Shown piece after piece: positions 49,126-58,183 of a DNA stretch of 64,000 nt. This stretch comes from a virus. The stretch lies in the IMG/VR virus record IMGVR_UViG_3300025383_000010. The stretch is one strand, 5' to 3'. The notes beneath the pieces are model-generated. The model did no database searches. It was given only the letters and a program-made list of their open reading frames with translations, and was not told the DNA's origin. The position numbers and the translations under genes are program-made. Every line of letters begins with the position of its first letter. The stretch's first letter is position 1.

Positions 49126-49500
49126 TTACTTTTTCAAAGTTTCTTTCTTACAATATACACTTTCGCTGTAATAACCATTTGAAGTTCCGAGGAACCTAAT
49201 AGTCACATACCCCTTGAAGGTTGCGAAGTTGTAGAAGGTCCACGTATAGGATTCTTCATCTAATTTTGTTCCATCCGCATTGTGATCTTCACGAGCGATT
49301 AGCAATGGCCAACCCGCGAGGTCTTCAAGATCACCGTTGATATCTTCAACTACCACTGATTCGCAACAATCTTGATCATGATAAAGCACATAACATACTT
49401 CATCGTTTTCAAACGTTACTGTATCCATAGTAGCAGTAACCTTAGAGAAGGTCTTACCAAGCATATCATTAACGTCTACATGAGTATCACGCCAGCCCAT
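49126..49500 (-). CDS. Hypothetical phage protein
   Basis: HDQDCCESV...TWTFY...SNGYYSE. Confidence 0.75.
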   Translation of the reverse strand: MGWRDTHVDVNDMLGKTFSKVTATMDTVTFENDEVCYVLYHDQDCCESVVVEDINGDLEDLAGWPLLIAREDHNADGTKLDEESYTWTFYNFATFKGYVTIRFLGTSNGYYSESVYCKKETLKK

Positions 49501-49522
49501 TGCCTTCTCCTTTCTGTGTATT

Positions 49523-49598
49523 TGGTGAACCGGGAGGGGCTTGAACCCTCGACCCTAGGCTTAAAAGGCCCATGCTCTACCTACTGAGCTACCGGTCC
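49523..49598 (-). tRNA. tRNA-Lys(UUU)
   Basis: Cloverleaf. Confidence 0.9.
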
Positions 49599-49607
49599 AT
49601 ATAACTT

Positions 49608-49681
49608 TGGTGGTTCCGGGAAGAATCGAACTTCCAATGACCGATTATCAGTCGGTCGTTATACCATTTAACTACAGAACC
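49608..49681 (-). tRNA. tRNA-Ile(GAU)
   Basis: Cloverleaf. Confidence 0.9.
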
Positions 49682-49687
49682 AAATAA

Positions 49688-49775
49688 TGGAGCCCGGTGC
49701 AAGATTTGAACTTGCGTGGAGAATACTCTCGGAGGATTTGCAGTCCTCTGCATTCGGCCGCTCTGCCAACCGGGC
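49688..49775 (-). tRNA. tRNA-Cys(GCA) with long variable arm
   Basis: GAGGA-CT-GCA-AA-TCCTC; 88 nt; U73. Confidence 0.85.
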
Positions 49776-49833
49776 GTTTATTTCTTTATAGATTTCTTAT
49801 AACAACATTCAGAACGAATGTCAACCATTATCT

Positions 49834-49921
49834 TGGCGGAAGGTGTGGGAATCGAACCCACTCAACCCTTGCGGGTTGTACAGATTAGCAATCTGCTGCA
49901 TTACCAGCCTGCCCACCTTCC
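49834..49921 (-). tRNA. tRNA-Ser(GCU)
   Basis: Type II cloverleaf. Confidence 0.9.
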
Positions 49922-49933
49922 TTATAGATATAT

Positions 49934-50632
49934 TTACTCTAGTATGCTATTCTCTACTAAATCTTTTTTCTTCCAGACTACGAGAGGTTCAGAGAACTGC
50001 GACCACTTACAGCGATCTAGCGCAGTTTCATAACCCTTAATCTCTAAATACCCTCCCATTTCTTCAACGTAGAAATCCGGAGTGTAATGACTCAAGTTAC
50101 CTTTAAGATTAGTATAGGGGAATCGTGTAGTATTTCGTTTCCACATATATCCTTTAAGGTCTAGCCATTTAGCAACCGCTAACTCCCAGGTGCCGTCTAC
50201 CCAGACAGTGCCTGCGATCGGAGATACATACTGAATCTTCTTGCACCTACCTGCCTTTGGCATCCATCCGGATTCATATCTTGCAAGAATGTTTTCTCTA
50301 GCACGAGAAGCGTGTTCTAGTTTCTGTTCAGGAGTAAAGTTCTTGTATGAGCCTTTTCCTTTATTACCCAATGATCGGGACAAGCGTTGGGCAAGTGCTT
50401 CATTGCCGTACAATGCATCGTAAGTTTTACCCAACAACGCCTTTCCGCTAGTATTGCCCTTAGGGTGCCCATTCTTCCAATAAGAGTCACCTGCTATAGC
50501 CCGCCTAGCTTTGACTCTATCGCTATTCTTGGCCTTCATTGCAGGACAAGAGCTTGGTGAGTTGCTACAACAGTTTTTACTGTTCTTAAGCGTTTTTATA
50601 GCTTTGCTACCACAACCATAATCACAGATCAT
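49934..50632 (-). CDS. PD-(D/E)XK endonuclease with Cys-rich N-terminus
   Basis: WE, YTPDFY, LEIKG. Confidence 0.8.
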   Translation of the reverse strand: MICDYGCGSKAIKTLKNSKNCCSNSPSSCPAMKAKNSDRVKARRAIAGDSYWKNGHPKGNTSGKALLGKTYDALYGNEALAQRLSRSLGNKGKGSYKNFTPEQKLEHASRARENILARYESGWMPKAGRCKKIQYVSPIAGTVWVDGTWELAVAKWLDLKGYMWKRNTTRFPYTNLKGNLSHYTPDFYVEEMGGYLEIKGYETALDRCKWSQFSEPLVVWKKKDLVENSILE

Positions 50633-50690
50633 ACTTTATTTCCTTGTATGATCTATTTATCATTTGTTCGTTAAACAAGTGGTTTAAGCC

Positions 50691-51095
50691 TCATATATCC
50701 AAATGTTTTCTCGCATTTTCAATGTATCCAGTGATACGTTCTTTTCCAGCAGGGTTCATTGAGTGAACAATGTACTTAGGGAACTTGAAACCTTTCTCAC
50801 TGCAATAGTCAACGAGCCACTTGGCACAATCGTAACCAGTCTTTTCAGTACCATAGTCTACGATAGTTTCAAGCTGTTTGACAGGATCACTTTCGTTTTC
50901 TTTGAGCATAGCTATATAATGTTCGTCAGCTAGATCATGATCAAAACAAACGAAAGCTGGCATTCCTCCGCGAGAGATTTGATTGACAAATCCTTCATAG
51001 TTGCGAACAGTGAATGTAGTCTCAAAGCGAGGGAATTCAGCCCAAGTTACATCGTCAGGGTTTCTAACATCATCAAGAAACAGTACATACGACAT
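50691..51095 (-). CDS. Cyclic-phosphate-processing receiver-like domain protein
   Basis: LFLDD.R, FDHDL, TGYD...WL, HS.NP.G. Confidence 0.75.
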   Translation of the reverse strand: MSYVLFLDDVRNPDDVTWAEFPRFETTFTVRNYEGFVNQISRGGMPAFVCFDHDLADEHYIAMLKENESDPVKQLETIVDYGTEKTGYDCAKWLVDYCSEKGFKFPKYIVHSMNPAGKERITGYIENARKHLDI

Positions 51096-51113
51096 ATTTG
51101 GACTTTCTAAACT

Positions 51114-51201
51114 TGGCGGAGAGAGTGGGATTCGAACCCACGGAACCTTGCAGTTCAGCGGTTTTCAAGACCGCCGCAATCGACCACTCTGCCATCTCTC
51201 C
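51114..51201 (-). tRNA. tRNA-Ser(UGA)
   Basis: Type II cloverleaf. Confidence 0.9.
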
Positions 51202-51208
51202 GTATTTG

Positions 51209-51871
51209 TTAAAACTTTACACCTAGTGTAAAGCTAGTAATATCATTCTCTTTAATATCTCTAGTATATAGATTTTGAACACCAATTGCAACCAAATTAT
51301 TCAAGTTATACGTGATTGCAGCTTGATTTCGGTAATAATCAATGTTGCTCTTTTCATAAAGAAACTTGTTATACGCGGTCAATGGACCATTTGAATAACG
51401 GAACCAAACACTGTCACGAGCAACAAAGTAGTCACCATCGTCAGTGTGTCTATAACCAGCAGATAACTCATTGCTGACCTTGATATGATCGCTACGATAA
51501 ACCTTATAGCCCCAGCCGCTTGCAACAACATAAGTATTCTGCCAAGGACGGAACTGATTGTAATCGTAACGAATATCACCGATTACATAGTTTCTATCAT
51601 TCAATGCATAGTTACGCTTGATTTCAGCGGCACCCATGTTGACAGTTGCAACACTCTTGCTCTGCTGATAGTTATAGTTGATATCGTAAACTCCCTGCCA
51701 GCGACCATACTGCGTAGTCAACTCGCCGTCAACAGTAGCAGTGGCATTACCATGATCAGTAAACATTCCACCTACTGCTAATACAGCATGAGTTCCATCG
51801 GTTGTTTGATTACTCTGTGCATAGACAGGAGTTGCAAACAAAAGGGCTACTAGTGCAAAAAGTTTTCTCAT
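51209..51871 (-). CDS. Outer-membrane beta-barrel protein (DUF481-like)
   Basis: Signal peptide, amphipathic strands, terminal Phe (TLGVKF). Confidence 0.75.
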   Translation of the reverse strand: MRKLFALVALLFATPVYAQSNQTTDGTHAVLAVGGMFTDHGNATATVDGELTTQYGRWQGVYDINYNYQQSKSVATVNMGAAEIKRNYALNDRNYVIGDIRYDYNQFRPWQNTYVVASGWGYKVYRSDHIKVSNELSAGYRHTDDGDYFVARDSVWFRYSNGPLTAYNKFLYEKSNIDYYRNQAAITYNLNNLVAIGVQNLYTRDIKENDITSFTLGVKF

Positions 51872-51958
51872 ATGTCTATTTAACTCTTTGTAAGGCGTGT
51901 TATAAAAAATGATTCGAATCTAGTACCGTACCGTAACGCAATAGGAATAAATAATAGT

Positions 51959-52396
51959 ATGAACAAATGCATTCACTGTGATAAAGAAACGTCAAATCCT
52001 AGATTCTGTTCAAAATCCTGCTCTGCTAAACATAATAATCGCGGAGTTTGCAGAGTAGAAAGAAAGGTGTTTCCTCATCCTTGCGCTCATTGCGGAACTA
52101 TTACTACATCAAAGAAGTATTGCTCTATGCAGTGTAGCTCAGATGCACTTAGAGTTAGTGAGGAGCACCTCAAAAAATCAAATGCAATGCGTCAAAGCAG
52201 ATATCGCGCAAGACAATACAAAGTTCTTGACCCCGGCGCTAATCTTGCAAAGATAAAAGAGATATATCGCAACTGTCCCGAAGGTCATGAAGTTGATCAT
52301 ATTGTGCCCCTTTCAAAGGGAGGGAAGCACCATGAAGATAACCTGCAATATCTCACTATCAAAGAGAATCGTAGCAAGGGCAATCGTTGGTGGTAG
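51959..52396 (+). CDS. HNH endonuclease (antisense to tRNA cluster)
   Basis: EVDHIVPLSKGG.H...NLQ.L...EN..K. Confidence 0.9.
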   Translation: MNKCIHCDKETSNPRFCSKSCSAKHNNRGVCRVERKVFPHPCAHCGTITTSKKYCSMQCSSDALRVSEEHLKKSNAMRQSRYRARQYKVLDPGANLAKIKEIYRNCPEGHEVDHIVPLSKGGKHHEDNLQYLTIKENRSKGNRWW

Positions 52397-52466
52397 TCCC
52401 GGCCGGGCACGATCCGACAACCTAGCCGTTATGAGCGGCCAGCTCTACCAATTGAGCTACGGGACC
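52391..52466 (-). tRNA. tRNA-CAU (Ile2-like), atypical T-loop
   Basis: GCCG-CT-CAT-AA-CGGC; T-loop ATCGTG. Confidence 0.75.
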
Positions 52467-52493
52467 ATATTATTGAGCTACAAGAGCAATGTT

Positions 52494-52579
52494 TGGTGCG
52501 CAGGGTTGGATTCGAACCAACGTAGTCTCACGACGGCAGATTTACAGTCTGCTGGTATTAACCACTCACCCACCTACGC
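52494..52579 (-). tRNA. tRNA-Tyr(GUA)
   Basis: Type II cloverleaf. Confidence 0.9.
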
Positions 52580-52585
52580 ATTAAC

Positions 52586-52813
52586 TTATAAAAACTGTTG
52601 GAGCCAACCATCAGCGAATGTCTTTACCTCATCATCTGCGGCAAAGTATGCATCCATGTCGTTGATTGCGTCAATAATGTCAAGAATGTCATCTTCAATA
52701 ATTCCTTGATTACGCAATGTGTCCAAGTAAGCAGTAAGGTCTAAGTTTACCCCTAGAACCTCCTGTTCTTCAATGTCCATCTTACCAAACTCAACGTGAA
52801 TAACTTCACCCAC
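52586..52813 (-). CDS. Acidic hypothetical protein
   Basis: GTG start with AAGGAG RBS. Confidence 0.7.
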   Translation of the reverse strand: MGEVIHVEFGKMDIEEQEVLGVNLDLTAYLDTLRNQGIIEDDILDIIDAINDMDAYFAADDEVKTFADGWLQQFL

Positions 52814-52830
52814 GATTGGCTCCTTTTAGA

Positions 52831-53028
52831 TTACTTGGCTTCTACCGAAGTATCACGATCAGTCTTACCACCAGCTACGTCAGTAGCAGCGGCAGTAGCA
52901 GCATCAGATGCAGCGTCAGATGCGGCGCTAGTAGCAGCATCAGTGCTGGCTGCTTCCGGAGCCTTACCGCTGCAAGCAGCAAGGGTAGTTAGTGCTGCAA
53001 CAGCAGCAAGAGTAACAATCTTCTTCAT
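52831..53028 (-). CDS. Small Ala-rich lipoprotein
   Basis: Lipobox LAAC. Confidence 0.8.
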   Translation of the reverse strand: MKKIVTLAAVAALTTLAACSGKAPEAASTDAATSAASDAASDAATAAATDVAGGKTDRDTSVEAK

Positions 53029-53088
53029 GTTATTTTCCTTGTTTTGTTTTTTGGACCCGTTTCATCGGATCTCTGTATTTATAGCGAC

Positions 53089-53164
53089 TGGTGACCCCTA
53101 CGGGATTCGAACCCGTGTCGTTGCCGTGAAAGGGCAGTGTCCTAGGCCTCTAGACGAAGGGGCC
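53089..53164 (-). tRNA. tRNA-Glu(UUC)
   Basis: Cloverleaf. Confidence 0.9.
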
Positions 53165-53172
53165 GCTAAACT

Positions 53173-53259
53173 TGGTGGGCGCGGTCGGACTCGAACCGAC
53201 ACGGAATAAATCCGGGAGATTTTAAGTCTCCTGCGTATGACCAATTTCGCCACGCGCCC
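53173..53259 (-). tRNA. tRNA-Leu(UAA)
   Basis: Type II cloverleaf. Confidence 0.9.
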
Positions 53260-53842
53260 GTAATTTGTTAGCTCTAGCGTAGTTCCCTCCCTTTGGGGTA
53301 AGACCTACTTTCTGTAATGCTTTTCTTATACTACTACATTCCTCAAGGGCTGTCAATAGCTCATCGTCACTTACTTTTACCTTTCCTGAGTTGATATTTC
53401 TACCTCTCCAGGTATCGGTCAATGCGTGGCAGTTGCAGCATAGTAGTTTGAGATTTTCTTTAATGTTGTTCTTATTGTCACCATCAATATGTTCTAACTC
53501 TAGAGGAACCTTATGACCTTGCCATTCTTCTAATCCACATGCTTCGCACCTGTGCCCGCGTTCTTGGATGAGAACAGCTTTATGACTACCAGTTCCACCG
53601 TATTCAAATACAGTGTTAGGATACTTATCCTTATTCCAATTCATGCGAGTTTTAGCATCCTCGCTCATTGATGAATATGCTTCTTTCGCAGAAGGTCTAG
53701 CACCGGTTGCATATACCCGTTTGGTTGCAAGCGAGTTTTTGCTTTTAATCTCCGGGCAGCCTGCCGGTCTCTTAGAACAGCAGTTTTTGCCATTCTTAAG
53801 AAGATAGTGAGAAGTCTGTCCACACCCATACTCACAATACAT
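53222..53842 (-). CDS. HNH endonuclease reading into tRNA-Leu(UAA)
   Basis: LELEHIDGD..NN...NL..LC.NCH; stop codon is the anticodon. Confidence 0.85.
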   Translation of the reverse strand: MYCEYGCGQTSHYLLKNGKNCCSKRPAGCPEIKSKNSLATKRVYATGARPSAKEAYSSMSEDAKTRMNWNKDKYPNTVFEYGGTGSHKAVLIQERGHRCEACGLEEWQGHKVPLELEHIDGDNKNNIKENLKLLCCNCHALTDTWRGRNINSGKVKVSDDELLTALEECSSIRKALQKVGLTPKGGNYARANKLRARGEIGHTQET

Positions 53843-53905
53843 AATAGTCTCCTATAATGTATTTATACCTGGTAGACAGACTTTTCACTTAAAACTTAAC
53901 CAACA

Positions 53906-53974
53906 TTGTCAAAGACCAGAATGTGTTTCTCACTCTGTATATCTCTTTATACGACATTGTTAGAGTAATGTCAA
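53906..53974 (-). promoter_or_regulatory. Promoter with boxB-like hairpin and boxA
   Basis: TTGACA-17-TATAAA; CAGAGTG-AGAAA-CACATTCTG; GGTCTTTGACAA. Confidence 0.7.
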
Positions 53975-53993
53975 GAACTATTTTCAGAAAGTT

Positions 53994-54067
53994 TGGCACG
54001 AGTGCAGGGATTTGAACCCCGACGAATGGTTTTGGAGACCATCATGCTACCGTTACACCACACTCGC
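53994..54067 (-). tRNA. tRNA-Trp(CCA)
   Basis: Cloverleaf, G73. Confidence 0.85.
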
Positions 54068-54204
54068 ATGTCGGGAGAGAGTTAACACAACTCTCTCCGT
54101 ATCCGCCCATGTTTTGATTATGGCCCAGCAGGAGAGGAAACTAGTGTTATTTTCCTCTTTGTCCTCAGGTACCAACGGAGTCACGGGAACTCCAACCTCG
54201 GTAT

Positions 54205-54597
54205 TTAGAAAGTGACAACACCACTGTCAATCACAGGATGTTCATCATCTGTGCGATCAACTACAGTGTAGGTGAACTTGTAGGTTCCAAGTTCCTTGAG
54301 CATATCTGCTACAGCTTCAATTGCGAAATCCTTGCATGAATATAGATCAAACTTATAAAAACTTGGTTCACCTGACCAAAAATGAATAGATGAGTGACTG
54401 GTAGTAATACCAACCATCCCCGTTACGCCTTCGTTTCCTTCATCGTCACACCAAACACAGATAGGATCAATTAACACCTTCATATCAACTGCTTCAACCA
54501 AACGATTGAACCAGTCTTCAAGAAACGTAACATACTCCGCAGTAGGAGCTTCTTCTAGATATCCTGTAACAAGGATGTGCTTATTAACTTGAGCCAA
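54205..54597 (-). CDS. speD: S-adenosylmethionine decarboxylase proenzyme
   Basis: GVTG...I.TSH.SIH.W, D.YSCK.F. Confidence 0.8.
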   Translation of the reverse strand: MAQVNKHILVTGYLEEAPTAEYVTFLEDWFNRLVEAVDMKVLIDPICVWCDDEGNEGVTGMVGITTSHSSIHFWSGEPSFYKFDLYSCKDFAIEAVADMLKELGTYKFTYTVVDRTDDEHPVIDSGVVTF

Positions 54598-54696
54598 CTC
54601 ATAAAACCTTTCGTTTCAATTTTACTGTCAGACAGTGAATAACTATTTATCACAAAAGGAAAAACTACAGATATTATCTGTAGCTTTCCTTGAATA

Positions 54697-54772
54697 TGGT
54701 ACCTGAGGAGAGGATCGAACTCCCGACATTTTCCGTGTAAAGGAAACGCTACTACCGCTGAGCTACTCAGGC
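54697..54772 (-). tRNA. tRNA-Val(UAC)
   Basis: Cloverleaf. Confidence 0.9.
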
Positions 54773-54778
54773 ATTATA

Positions 54779-54855
54779 TGGTCGGGAATGTAGGATTCGA
54801 ACCTACGACCCCCTGCTCCCAAAGCAGGTGCGCTACCGGACTGCGCTAATCCCCG
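54779..54855 (-). tRNA. tRNA-Pro(UGG)
   Basis: Cloverleaf. Confidence 0.9.
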
Positions 54856-54871
54856 ACGGTGGATTAATGTT

Positions 54872-54945
54872 TGGTGGAGACGGAGGGAATCGAACCCTCA
54901 AGTGCGCCTTGCAAAGGCGCCAGTTTCCCGTTAGCTTACGTCCCC
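54872..54945 (-). tRNA. tRNA-Ala(UGC)
   Basis: Cloverleaf, G3.U70. Confidence 0.9.
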
Positions 54946-55500
54946 AGAAACTTTATTATACTTATCATTCCATTTACTGATCTTAACAAAAAGTTCTTCA
55001 ATTGTCAAGTCACATTTTTTACCTTTTGACACATTTGTGCCATGCTGTAATAGTTGACAGTTAGCAGGGTGAGAGATTATTGACGGATCAATTCCGTTAT
55101 CAAATCCGTATCTCACACTCACAATATGGTCTCTACTGACACCTGTTAAATTATTACCACGATTTGTAGCTTTATACCAACCGTGCTGTTCAACTAGTAC
55201 AATATCAAACTCATCTGGAAAGTCAAACACATTAAACTTGAATGAACAGTCTGCTCTATAGTTTACGAGTTCCGGACGTTGACTTCTGACTTCGGTGTAG
55301 TCGCCGGGCTTTAGTGCTGCCCTTAGTTTACACGCAGAAGACAAGTCTCTTGGAACAAACAACCCAAGTCGTTTTGCTTTCTGAAAAGTTTTGAATGCTA
55401 TTCTAAACTTTCCCTGCAGGTCACGCTGCGACATACCAGCATCATACAACGCTTGTACTTCTTGCCAAGGCATATCGTGTATTAAAGTGCGCTTTCCCAT
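54931..55500 (-). CDS. HNH-like endonuclease overlapping tRNA-Ala 5' end
   Basis: SRDHIVS...HPANCQLL....N.SK. Confidence 0.75.
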   Translation of the reverse strand: MGKRTLIHDMPWQEVQALYDAGMSQRDLQGKFRIAFKTFQKAKRLGLFVPRDLSSACKLRAALKPGDYTEVRSQRPELVNYRADCSFKFNVFDFPDEFDIVLVEQHGWYKATNRGNNLTGVSRDHIVSVRYGFDNGIDPSIISHPANCQLLQHGTNVSKGKKCDLTIEELFVKISKWNDKYNKVSGDVS

Positions 55501-55516
55501 ATTAGTATTTATGTTT

Positions 55517-55593
55517 TGGCGTCCCCAGCAGGGCTCGAACCTGCAACCCCAAGTTTAGAAGACTCGTACTCTATCCAGTTGAGCTATGGAGAC
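55517..55593 (-). tRNA. tRNA-Arg(UCU)
   Basis: Cloverleaf. Confidence 0.9.
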
Positions 55594-55658
55594 AATCTCT
55601 CTTTACATGTTTACTTATACTAAAGATTGAAACGAATGTCAACCTCTTTTTTCAAGAA

Positions 55659-55734
55659 TGGTGCCGGCTAGAGGAGTCGAACCCCTGGCATCGTCATTAC
55701 AAGTGACGCGCTCTACCACCTGAGCTAAGCCGGC
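55659..55734 (-). tRNA. tRNA-Thr(UGU)
   Basis: Cloverleaf. Confidence 0.9.
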
Positions 55735-56276
55735 GTGTTCTTTAATAACTTGTTTCTTCTCTTGTATATAGCAGCATTAGAAACACCTAGAATATTTTCT
55801 AGTTCCCCAATCCCGTGTTTATCAAGCAAGTCTAACAAATCAATGCTGTCCCAGTCAACTTTTCTACTGTTCTTTTGGGCGCATATATGACTACAAAACT
55901 TTTGAGCAATAGGTTTTTTATCATTGCAGATAGGACAAGCATCATATTCTGACACTTTTTTAAAATCAGCAAATGCTTCATTAAACACTTCATACGTTTC
56001 CGGAAGCTCTCTAACGCCTGCATGAATCTCACTATGGCAATTGTGACATACCAGTATACACTTTCTAAGTTCATTTACAATCTTAGGCCATGCCTTTGGG
56101 TTTGCTCTAGCACCACCAAATCCAATGTCTTTCTGACTAGGATCAATGTGATGAAACGCCAGCGCAGCAGTATGCTTATTATATCCGCAACATTGACATT
56201 TGCTGCCCATTGCTTCTACCATTTTATCTTTGGTGTTTTCTCTCCAACGCTTTACGCTTTCTGATCTATAACTCAT
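55725..56276 (-). CDS. HNH endonuclease overlapping tRNA-Thr 5' end
   Basis: CQCCGY, FHHIDP, CILVCHNCHSEIH. Confidence 0.85.
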   Translation of the reverse strand: MSYRSESVKRWRENTKDKMVEAMGSKCQCCGYNKHTAALAFHHIDPSQKDIGFGGARANPKAWPKIVNELRKCILVCHNCHSEIHAGVRELPETYEVFNEAFADFKKVSEYDACPICNDKKPIAQKFCSHICAQKNSRKVDWDSIDLLDLLDKHGIGELENILGVSNAAIYKRRNKLLKNTPA

Positions 56277-56281
56277 AATAT

Positions 56282-56330
56282 AACCTCTAACCTGTAAATC
56301 TATTTATCAAAAGTTTGCAGGTTAGAGGTT
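56282..56330 (-). promoter_or_regulatory. RBS-sequestering hairpin with late promoter in its loop
   Basis: 13-bp perfect IR AACCTCTAACCTG/CAGGTTAGAGGTT around GATAAATA. Confidence 0.8.
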
Positions 56331-56336
56331 TTAAGT

Positions 56337-56411
56337 TGGCTCCCACGGATGGATTCGAACCACCGACCAGACGATTAACAGTCGTCGGCTCTGCCACTGA
56401 GCTACGTGGGA
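56337..56411 (-). tRNA. tRNA-Asn(GUU)
   Basis: Cloverleaf. Confidence 0.9.
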
Positions 56412-56469
56412 ATGAGAGAATGAACTCTTAATAATATTTAATAGTTGAAAGCAACGTGGATTTATTTTC

Positions 56470-57036
56470 CTACGCTGCCTTTAACATAATACGACTGTGC
56501 TTCGGAACACCTGACATTAGATACTCCATCTGGTCAGCAAGAATGCTACGATTCTGGAGAATCAAGTTTTCAAAGTGATTGGGTTCGTAAGGGATATACA
56601 ATAGTTCCATACGAGCTTCCTTAAGCGACTTACAACCCTTCTTTTGGTTGCAGTCAATGCAAGCAGTAACTACGTTAGTCCATTCGTCCAAACCACCGTG
56701 GAACCGAGGAACAATGTGATCACGGCTCAAGTCATTACGACTTGTGAAATGATTACCGCAATAAGCACAAATATGTCGGTCACGAGCGAACAGTGTACCA
56801 TTCGTCAACACAACCTTATTGTGCTTTTTGAAGTCAAAACCATGACCCTTAATAGCGATGATGCTAGGAGTTTCAATATAGCTGCGAGTGCCATCCTTTC
56901 GGACACCGCCTCGGTAACGTGCGATCACATCACCCATGCTCCATGCTACCAGGTCTTTTGCGTGATATGCAATCGCTTCGTCGTGGGAGACCCACGTGCG
57001 CGGGACACCTGAAATGTCAAGGGCTAGAACTGCCAT
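56470..57036 (-). CDS. HNH endonuclease (McrA-like type)
   Basis: LFARD...CAYCG, DHIVP...GG.D.W.NVVTAC..CN..KG. Confidence 0.9.
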   Translation of the reverse strand: MAVLALDISGVPRTWVSHDEAIAYHAKDLVAWSMGDVIARYRGGVRKDGTRSYIETPSIIAIKGHGFDFKKHNKVVLTNGTLFARDRHICAYCGNHFTSRNDLSRDHIVPRFHGGLDEWTNVVTACIDCNQKKGCKSLKEARMELLYIPYEPNHFENLILQNRSILADQMEYLMSGVPKHSRIMLKAA

Positions 57037-57136
57037 AAAAACTCCTGTTTCTTCCTGTATTTAGTAATCTACAAAGTGAATTCCTTATTGTGTTTTCACT
57101 ATACATTTGATTGACCGAATTGTCAACCGAAATCTT

Positions 57137-57222
57137 TGGTGCCCTAGAGAAGATTCGAACTTCCACGAGCTTTCGCCCACTACCACCTCAAGGTAGCGTG
57201 TCTACCATTCCACCACCAGGGC
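57137..57222 (-). tRNA. tRNA-Leu(GAG)
   Basis: Type II cloverleaf. Confidence 0.9.
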
Positions 57223-57229
57223 ATTAAAT

Positions 57230-57322
57230 TGGTGCACCCGGAGGGACTTGAACCCCCAACCGTTCGGTAATCTGCCGATCATGAGGTATAAGCTCACCGC
57301 TCTACCATTGAGCTACAGGTGC
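57230..57322 (-). tRNA. tRNA-Ile(UAU) with long variable arm
   Basis: GTGAG-CT-TAT-AC-CTCAT; 93 nt. Confidence 0.8.
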
Positions 57323-57323
57323 A

Positions 57324-57399
57324 TGGTGCTCTATACAGGAATCGAACCTGTTATCTCTGGGTTACGAATCCAGCGCATCGCCAGCAATGCTTATAGAGC
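57324..57399 (-). tRNA. tRNA-Thr(CGU)
   Basis: Cloverleaf with 31-39 mismatch. Confidence 0.8.
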
Positions 57400-57688
57400 A
57401 TTGAATGATTTTATAGTGGGCCTGCTGTACCACAACATCAGCAGCATTCCATACCTATTAAAAGCGCCGGTATATACTAGGGTGCGTTGTTGAAGTCGTT
57501 GTCAGATGGTTTCCATTTTGCGTACTTGAACCGTCATCCGTTACAGAGATTCAACTGGCCAGTATAGGCTCTGTGACTATTACTTCCAACACCCACTACA
57601 AAACTTTAGTATCCGCTCCCTGTGAGCACCTCATGTCATTAGGAGGCCATCCCTATGTTTAGCTCGGACTCGAACCGAGTAGATAATT

Positions 57689-57774
57689 TGGTGCCCGTAG
57701 AGGGACTTGAACCCCCACACCTTTTGGATACCTGATTTTGAGTCAGGCGCGTCTACCGATTCCACCATACGGGC
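57689..57774 (-). tRNA. tRNA-Leu(CAA)
   Basis: Type II cloverleaf. Confidence 0.9.
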
Positions 57775-57779
57775 AAAAC

Positions 57780-57953
57780 TTAATTTCCTGTTAAGCTGTA
57801 TAATACTACTGTATTGATAGGTTCACCCTCAAGATTCAACTGAAACGTTATTTGATCTGGCTTAATGCCATACATGTCAGGAGTAATCTCATATGAGAGG
57901 GTTAGATTATTAGCTAGATAATCTTTGATTTGTGCTTGAAGTTTTGGATCCAT
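57780..57953 (-). CDS. Small hypothetical protein (57 aa)
   Basis: Hand-read MDPKLQAQ...LTGN*; late promoter and GGAG RBS. Confidence 0.6.
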   Translation of the reverse strand: MDPKLQAQIKDYLANNLTLSYEITPDMYGIKPDQITFQLNLEGEPINTVVLYSLTGN

Positions 57954-58094
57954 TGTACTCTCCTATTGAGAGTATTTATCGCTTGGTACGGATGAAGGGA
58001 CTCGAACCCTCATCGACGTTATGATTGGTGCGGGTAGAGGGAATCCCGGTCCTCGGACATTTTCACCTGTCCTACATACCACCTTCGTGAAACT

Positions 58095-58172
58095 TGGTGG
58101 GGCTACCCGGACTCGAACCGGGAGAACTTTACGGCCTAAACGTAACGACTTTACCAATTTGCCCATAGCCCC
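58095..58172 (-). tRNA. tRNA-Leu(UAG) with short variable loop
   Basis: TTACG-TT-TAG-GC-CGTAA; 78 nt. Confidence 0.8.
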
Positions 58173-58183
58173 GTTGATTTTAT

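Noticed and set aside
57183-57192. TTGAGGTGGT in the tRNA-Leu(GAG) anticodon arm matches 10 nt of the array junction
   Set aside because: This is the ordinary bacterial Leu(GAG) arm, and the junction is explained by RBS plus codons; probably coincidence.
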